Assembly: GCA_035084275.1 (NCBI GenBank)
Contig: CM068759.1
Location: 8,618,001 to 8,682,000, forward strand
Direction of reading: 5' to 3'
Source: Hydrolagus colliei
Lineage: Eukaryota
Length of the DNA stretch: 64,000 nt
The notes beneath the pieces were generated by a model. It had not been told where the DNA came from and searched no databases. It worked only from the letters and a program-made list of their open reading frames with translations. Within the stretch, counting starts at the first letter, position 1. Each line of letters opens with the position of its first letter. A program made the position numbers and the translations under genes. This document shows, piece by piece, positions 61,579 to 64,000 of the stretch.

Positions 61579-63111
61579 CTATGGGGAGGAAGACAACAGA
61601 TTAGTTGAAGCTGAGATAAACACAACAGCTGGCGTTTCAGAGCTGTAAGCCTTCAATTACTGCCAAGTGCAGAGACTGTTTTGTTCTTTTTTTAAATCGG
61701 CTCAGTAATGGCCCACAAGTAACTATTTTCCAATATGATCACGGGATCTTTAATATCCGCATGAACGAGGCACCTCGGCCCATCGCATGGCAGCACTCGT
61801 CCTGAACATTTTCTTTGGCTCAAAGCACTTGACAAGGTAAGGAAAGGCAGAGAGGTGACCAGATGAGTCGAAATGAGGCAAGACAAGGACAGGGAATGTA
61901 TTAGCATGGCCTGTGAGCTCAAGATCATCACCATGAGCTGTGACCCAAACTCAGCTAAAGGAGATCCCCGATGGACCAATTGGTGAATGCGTTGACAAGT
62001 GGGAGGCGCAGAGCTCAGGGGGCAAACTCGGTCTCCAGGTTAGACTGGCTCAGCTGACATTGGTCAGAGCTGGGACCCTCAGATCAGGCAGACACTAATC
62101 TCAGGGAGGCAGCAGAGAGAGGACAGCACCTGAGGTTCTGTCCCGGTCTGACAAACAGCCAAGGAGGGAAACGCTTCACACTTGTTTTTAAACAGGTTAA
62201 ATGTCTGCAGCTCGGTGTACTGAGACCCAAAGTGGAATGGCTTCCTGTGGCCACTCAGGAAGAGTGAAGCCTCACTCAGGCCCTCTCCACCGCCTTCCAC
62301 AGTGCATCCGCCTGTGCCCCCACCCTACCCCCCCCCCACGCCTCTCCTTCTTCTCCCCATACCCCACACAATCTCCTCTCTTCAAACTCTCATCAACCCA
62401 CCAGAGTGATCGCAGCAATTCAGGCAAATCAGCAGACCTTGTGAACGCTGGTCAATGTCACAGACCCGTCTCCAGCTCCACAACACTGTCTATTTACAGC
62501 AGCATTTTTGAAGCGATTCCAAAGCAATGAACGAACGGCCTGATCTTGCTGTTTAATGTGAGGCCGAGGAAGGCTGGGTAGCCGGCAGCATGGCTATACA
62601 TGGCTCTGTGCGTCTGCAGCATTCACTGGTTGCTGGGTGTTACTCAAAGCTTTTATCCACTTTATTCAAAGTGGTGGGGGGCGGGGGGAGGGATGGGGGG
62701 GAAGAGGATTATGACAGGTTTAATAGGACAACTTCTGCTTAATCCTCTGCTCAGTGGGGATTTAGGCCCCAGGCCAGCACCAAGCATGTGTACAAATGTT
62801 TATCACTAAGATTCCAGCCAGGATTCTGCAGCAACAGATCGGGCTGTAAGATCCCGTGAAACCAATCATAAAGAAAGCTCCACGCCAACAAGGCAACAAG
62901 CCACTCACCATCACTGATAACAATTGCATTGGATCGAATCGTCAAAATTCCAAAACCATTCGTAGGATTTATTGTAAAATAATTGCATGTGTGTACTAAC
63001 CTTCGCACAGGGCAACACCCCGATCAGCAGTCAAATAACAAGCCACAAAGGAGGAGAGGGGTGGGTGATCACATGGGTGGGAGAAGAGGTAGGTTTTTAG
63101 GTGGGATTTGA

Positions 63112-63250
63112 GTAATAATAATCCTTGCATTTGATATAGCGCTTTTCACATCTTATTGAAGTCACTAAGCGCTTCATAGAATATACCGTATTTGAACATA
63201 GGTCTCATGCTTGTAAGGCGAGTGCTCTAACCCCCGAGTTACAGGAGCTC
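63112..63250 (-). mobile_element. Internally deleted SINE
   Basis: The tail is joined almost directly to the tRNA head. Confidence 0.65.
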
Positions 63251-64000
63251 CAAATATAAAAATCACAGAAAGACTTTCCTTTGAAGAGGAGGCAGAGGGA
63301 GGAGAGATGCTCAGCAATTTTAAGGTCCTAGAAAGAGCGAGTTAATAAAGGAGACTGTGCGATGGGTTTCTTTTCTTCACTGTACGTATGTAGAAGGATT
63401 ATAGAGGATGGCTTAGCATGAGGAATAAAGGAGAGTATGACTCTACGTGACTGTAATCTGAAATGTTCTACATGTAATAGTTGTATCTAATAGCTTTCTT
63501 GCAGGGCCGGGCCGGGCGGCTTGCTGCTCAGTGCTGCAGAGAGGAAAATCAAGAAGGGGAGATGGTTTTGTATGAAGGAGTGAGTGCAGTGTGATTTGGC
63601 TCCAGGGAGAGATCACACTGCAGCTCGGCCACTGACAATGTGAATGGGCTCATTGTTGGTTATCCCCCCCGCTACCCATTGTGTGTCTGGGCACAGGGCA
63701 CCCAACACGTCATGATTCTTCCAACCAGAACAAATCACTCTTTAAAAGAAGCGAAAAACCTTCTGTCCTGCCCGGACTCCACTTCCTCTTCACTCCAGTG
63801 CTAATACGAGAGGCGTACATACACACAGTGTACCCACCAACTCCACGGACTGTACTCACACACACGCACAGTGTACTTACCAGCTCCCAGTGCTGTACAT
63901 ACACAGCTCTACAGTATACACACACACCAGCCGAGTATGGTGAACAGCCCGCACACTGTGCTGTGCCTCAACAGTGTGCTACAGCACTATTCAAACGCAG

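Noticed and set aside
62900-62970. Possible RBM38 exon 3 (minus-strand donor G|GTGAGT)
   Set aside because: The translation does not resemble the expected GVQQLHP...QR exon, which must lie beyond the window.

Overview
This is vertebrate genomic DNA, most likely a cartilaginous fish (holocephalan/chimaera-like), inferred from the dense tRNA-head SINEs with L2-type tails and the L2/CR1 LINE content. It carries the conserved RBM38-CTCFL-PCK1 syntenic block. (1) Two complete cytosolic PEPCK (PCK1) genes, each 622 aa, lie tail-to-tail as a ~4 kb inverted repeat (2667-6664 / 11477-15724). The copies are nearly identical across coding exons and introns, but identity stops sharply ~15 bp before the first coding exon and ~18 bp after the stop codon. 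Each copy therefore has its own unrelated promoter, non-coding exon 1 and 3' UTR. Both copies lack the intron that separates mammalian exons 7 and 8. (2) A 5'-truncated, frameshifted L2 LINE lies at 17463-20336. (3) An 11-zinc-finger CTCF-family gene (680 aa) is CTCFL/BORIS by synteny. It keeps CTCF-type N-terminal motifs (KTYxR, YxF), has an NRF1/E2F CpG promoter, and has a young hAT transposon with a perfect 8-bp TSD in an intron. (4) The last exon and 3' UTR of RBM38 are on the minus strand. The rest is SINE/LINE/MITE-rich non-coding DNA with a few CTCF-like motifs.
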